A DNA stretch of 57,117 bases. It comes from Candidatus Mesolinea sp. (GTDB lineage: Bacteria; Chloroflexota; Anaerolineae; Anaerolineales; Anaerolineaceae). The notes beneath the pieces are model-generated. The model saw nothing but the letters and a program-made list of their open reading frames with translations, had not been told where the DNA came from and searched no databases. Location: contig DMCS01000040.1 in assembly GCA_003445715.1 (NCBI GenBank), positions 967 to 58,083 of the forward strand, in the 5' to 3' direction. The position numbers and the translations under genes are program-made. Of this stretch, positions 54,661 to 57,117 are shown piece by piece (position 1 is the first letter of the stretch; each line of letters begins with the position of its first letter).

Positions 54661-56777
54661 TTGGCACCTTCAGCATGATTATTATCGGTTTGGATATTTG
54701 CCAATACAGAAAGGGGGACCTCCACAAAAACTGGCCGCACCGGTGGTTCCGCGACCTCCGAAAGGGGGATGCCTTCTGCTTCATAGAGGCGCTTAATGAG
54801 GCTCAGGCAGGTTTTCCCTCCGCAGGAACCCATACTTGCGCGGGTGAGGGCTTTGATTTGGTTGATATCGCGTATGCCCGCACGGATCAAACTGCGAATT
54901 TCACCGACTTTCACGCGTTCACAGCGGCAAATATAGGCTTCATCGCTCAAATCCTGGGGGAACTGTTTGACTTGGTCAAAAGGCTCGGGCTTGCTCTGAG
55001 CGATCAGACGTAAGCCGGCGATGCGTGTTGCCAGCTCTGTGGGAGTCTCAACGGTAACGATGGTCGTGCCACTATAAACAGGCAATTGCCGAAGGCGCAA
55101 CACAGGAAAACGGCCTAAGCTTTGTCCGTCCGTATCGGTTACTTCAACCAAATCGCCAATTTTTAGGTTTTCAGCTTGAAGCTCGTAGGGCAGTGAAACC
55201 AAAGCGGTCTTTTGGCTCTTGCGGAAGTCCACCAAGGTGATTGCCAATCCGGGGCAAACCGCAACACAGCGCAAGCAGCCTGTGCAGCCTTTCTGTTCGT
55301 CTTGCAAAAAACGCGGTAATGAACGAATGTCTTCCGGATCCACTTGGATGAGATTTCGGGGACAAACACGAGCACATGGGTCACAAGGAATTTCCTGAGC
55401 GCAGTGCAACACCGGAAAAACCCCTTTATTCTGGGACAAAGGCATTTCTGGTAGGGTTTTACCAGGTTTTGATTTGAGGATCTCTTCGATGCGGTACCAA
55501 TCTTGTGGAATAGGCTCGGTGCTTCTGCCCAAACGTTCGGCAATTTCAGTGCCGACAATCTTCCCCGAGAAAATTGCTGCAGAAGCCTCCGCAATCTCGT
55601 TCGCATCGCCAGCTGCATAGACTGGTAAGCCCACCTCCTGTGCTTTCCGGATAAATTCATCTACTGGGTCCAACCCAACCGCTATAAGGAGTGTATCGCA
55701 AGAGAACCGTTTTTCCGTGCCCGGGATAGGTTGGAAGTGCTCGTCAACTTGAGCGATCACCACCTTTTCCAAATGGTCTGTACCTATCGCCTCTAAGACA
55801 GTATGCGAGGTATAAATCGGTACACCTGACCGCGCTAATTTATCCTGATGCACCTTGTAACCGCCGCATTGCGGGGCAGCCTCCACCAGGCCAGCCACGT
55901 GAATACCTGCTTGAATGGCATGGTAGCCGGCAATTAAGCCTACGTTCCCGCCACCCACAATGAATAGGTTCTGACAAGGTCGTACCAAATCGCGATTTAC
56001 CAGCGTTTGAAACGCGCCTGCCCCATAGATGCCTGGCAAGGTGTTACCAGGGAAGGCTAAGCTCTTCTCGCGTGCGCCTGTAGCCACGAGCAAAACCTGT
56101 GGGTGAACTAACACATATTCGGAACCTTCACGGAGCACCCCGACAGAATGATCTTCAAATATACCTATCGCTGTGGAGCTTAGCCAAACGGTCACGCTTT
56201 GCAGGGCTTGCACTTGCTCTTCCAACTTTTTGGCAATATCGATCCCACGCGTGCCAGCGAAAACGGCTTCTTTGGAACCAAAAAAGCGGTGCGTTTGCAG
56301 CACCAGTTTTCCGCCAAGTTTGCTCTTATCGTCAATGAGCAAGACTTGCACACCGAGTTCGCCAAGCTCTTTAGCAGCTGAAAGCCCTGCCGGACCACCA
56401 CCGATAATGAGCACCTCAACCGCATATTCAGGTACAGGGGCACCAAGATATTTCTGCATGGGGACTTCTGGCAGCATAGGCAAGCCTTCAGCTGGCGTGA
56501 TGCGCATATCTGAGCGGACTGCGGTCATACAGGCTTTAACCGGTAAGCCGTCAGCAATAACCATACATTGCGCGCATTGCCCATTCGCACAAAAAATACC
56601 TTGAGGGGCATTGTCTTTAGGGTGATGGCTAAAGATGCGAATTCCATTGGCGTACAAGGCTGAAGCGATCATTTCGCCGGGCTTTGCAAAAAACTGTTGA
56701 TTTTTCCAATAAAAGGGAATGGTTGGTTTTGAATTATCGTGCAAAATGGGGTGAGAATGAATGCGATAATCCGTCAT
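54657..56777 (-). CDS. Fused 2Fe-2S / pyridine-nucleotide-disulfide oxidoreductase / 4Fe-4S / BFD-like subunit (HcnA-HcnB, OoxA, PDH-alpha-like)
   Basis: 706 aa. N-terminal 2Fe-2S region (CANGQCAQCMV). Two Rossmann motifs (IIGGGPAGLSAA; IVGGGNVGLIAG). Ferredoxin-like Cys motifs (CDPCARVCP; CTGCLRCVAVCP). BFD-like region (CRCERV...CGGKTC). Confidence 0.85.
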   Translation of the reverse strand: MTDYRIHSHPILHDNSKPTIPFYWKNQQFFAKPGEMIASALYANGIRIFSHHPKDNAPQGIFCANGQCAQCMVIADGLPVKACMTAVRSDMRITPAEGLPMLPEVPMQKYLGAPVPEYAVEVLIIGGGPAGLSAAKELGELGVQVLLIDDKSKLGGKLVLQTHRFFGSKEAVFAGTRGIDIAKKLEEQVQALQSVTVWLSSTAIGIFEDHSVGVLREGSEYVLVHPQVLLVATGAREKSLAFPGNTLPGIYGAGAFQTLVNRDLVRPCQNLFIVGGGNVGLIAGYHAIQAGIHVAGLVEAAPQCGGYKVHQDKLARSGVPIYTSHTVLEAIGTDHLEKVVIAQVDEHFQPIPGTEKRFSCDTLLIAVGLDPVDEFIRKAQEVGLPVYAAGDANEIAEASAAIFSGKIVGTEIAERLGRSTEPIPQDWYRIEEILKSKPGKTLPEMPLSQNKGVFPVLHCAQEIPCDPCARVCPRNLIQVDPEDIRSLPRFLQDEQKGCTGCLRCVAVCPGLAITLVDFRKSQKTALVSLPYELQAENLKIGDLVEVTDTDGQSLGRFPVLRLRQLPVYSGTTIVTVETPTELATRIAGLRLIAQSKPEPFDQVKQFPQDLSDEAYICRCERVKVGEIRSLIRAGIRDINQIKALTRASMGSCGGKTCLSLIKRLYEAEGIPLSEVAEPPVRPVFVEVPLSVLANIQTDNNHAEGAK

Positions 56778-56835
56778 GGTGTGAGATTTCTAACCTCCGC
56801 TGGTTTAATCGGAGAATATCATACCATTAAGTGAG

Positions 56836-57117
56836 TCAATCAAAGATTTCCATATACTTACGGTCAAGTTCCTCATCACTCAGGTGGCTATAACGCTGGG
56901 TCACCGCAATGTTCTGATGTCGGGCGAGCTCCTGCGCTAACTTGAGGTTGCCGGAGGCAAGCAAGATCGTGGTTACAAAGTAATGACGGAAGGAGTGGGG
57001 GGTGATGGTACCCACAGCTTCCTCGCCAAGCGCCTCACGTACCCGTTGGTTGACAATCTCGCGACCGGTGGTGGTGGAAATGGGTTTGACCTTCTTTCCG
57101 CTGCCTTTATCATGCCG
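56836..57117 (-). CDS. Tyrosine recombinase/integrase, C-terminal fragment (gene runs off the window)
   Basis: My own minus-strand translation gives ...KGSGKKVKPIS...ITPHSFRHYFVTTILLASGNLKLAQELARHQNIAVTQRYSHLSDEEL...D*. It contains the HxxR box and the H..(x)..Y catalytic Tyr region. Absent from the ORF track because the start lies outside the window. Confidence 0.8.
   Translation of the reverse strand, partial: RHDKGSGKKVKPISTTTGREIVNQRVREALGEEAVGTITPHSFRHYFVTTILLASGNLKLAQELARHQNIAVTQRYSHLSDEELDRKYMEIFD

Noticed and set aside
56836-57117. The edge tyrosine recombinase as the missing integrase of the tRNA-Gly island
   Set aside because: It is about 14 kb away, separated by core genes (dgkA, trxA, murA, pckA, nusB, rel and others). 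It lies outside the direct repeats, and its composition is host-like.
1-57117. CRISPR arrays, rRNA genes, or additional tRNAs
   Set aside because: Scanning the intergenic regions found no regularly spaced direct repeats. It also found no other cloverleaf-capable GTTCGAATC-type T-loops, apart from the tRNA-Gly and its orphan fragment. A by-eye scan is not exhaustive.

Overview
This 57-kb window is mostly conserved bacterial chromosome with about 60 tightly packed genes. G+C looks close to one half by eye (not computed). The protein sequences are reminiscent of Chloroflexota/Anaerolineae, but that is unverified. Housekeeping content includes glnA, the rpmH-rnpA-yidD-yidC-jag cluster, pdp, typA, fni, acpP, sucCD, comF, hpf, folE/folB, ruvX-mltG, ppgK, malQ-glgA, miaA, ftsH, efp, dgkA, trxA, murA, pckA, nusB, rel and a sarcosine-oxidase/proline-dehydrogenase-like flavoprotein pair. 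The standout is a visibly AT-rich insert of about 2.3 kb (40672-42996). It sits at the 3' end of a tRNA-Gly(CCC) gene and is bounded by a perfect 24-bp direct repeat of the tRNA 3' end. It carries no integrase and only two genes. One is a 500-aa reverse transcriptase with intact palm motifs and long non-RT extensions (UG/Abi/DRT-like, not retron or group II intron). The other is a 201-aa soluble protein with an R-N-x-x-A-H (Rx4H) HEPN-type motif. I read this as a candidate two-gene RT + HEPN anti-phage system, a split version of the AbiA RT-HEPN architecture, and I cannot assign it to a named family from sequence alone. Secondary oddities: an MTA/SAH-deaminase-like amidohydrolase fused to a degenerate CYTH domain; an SPFH protein fused to an excisionase-type HTH; a PQQ beta-propeller lipoprotein inserted between yidD and yidC; an Arg32-type EF-P followed by a Cys-rich ORF; an AT-rich Wzz-like/O-antigen-ligase pair; an orphan Cas4-like PD-(D/E)XK nuclease beside the island; and a truncated tyrosine recombinase at the right edge. 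No CRISPR array or rRNA was seen. All calls rest on motif recognition by eye; no database search was run.
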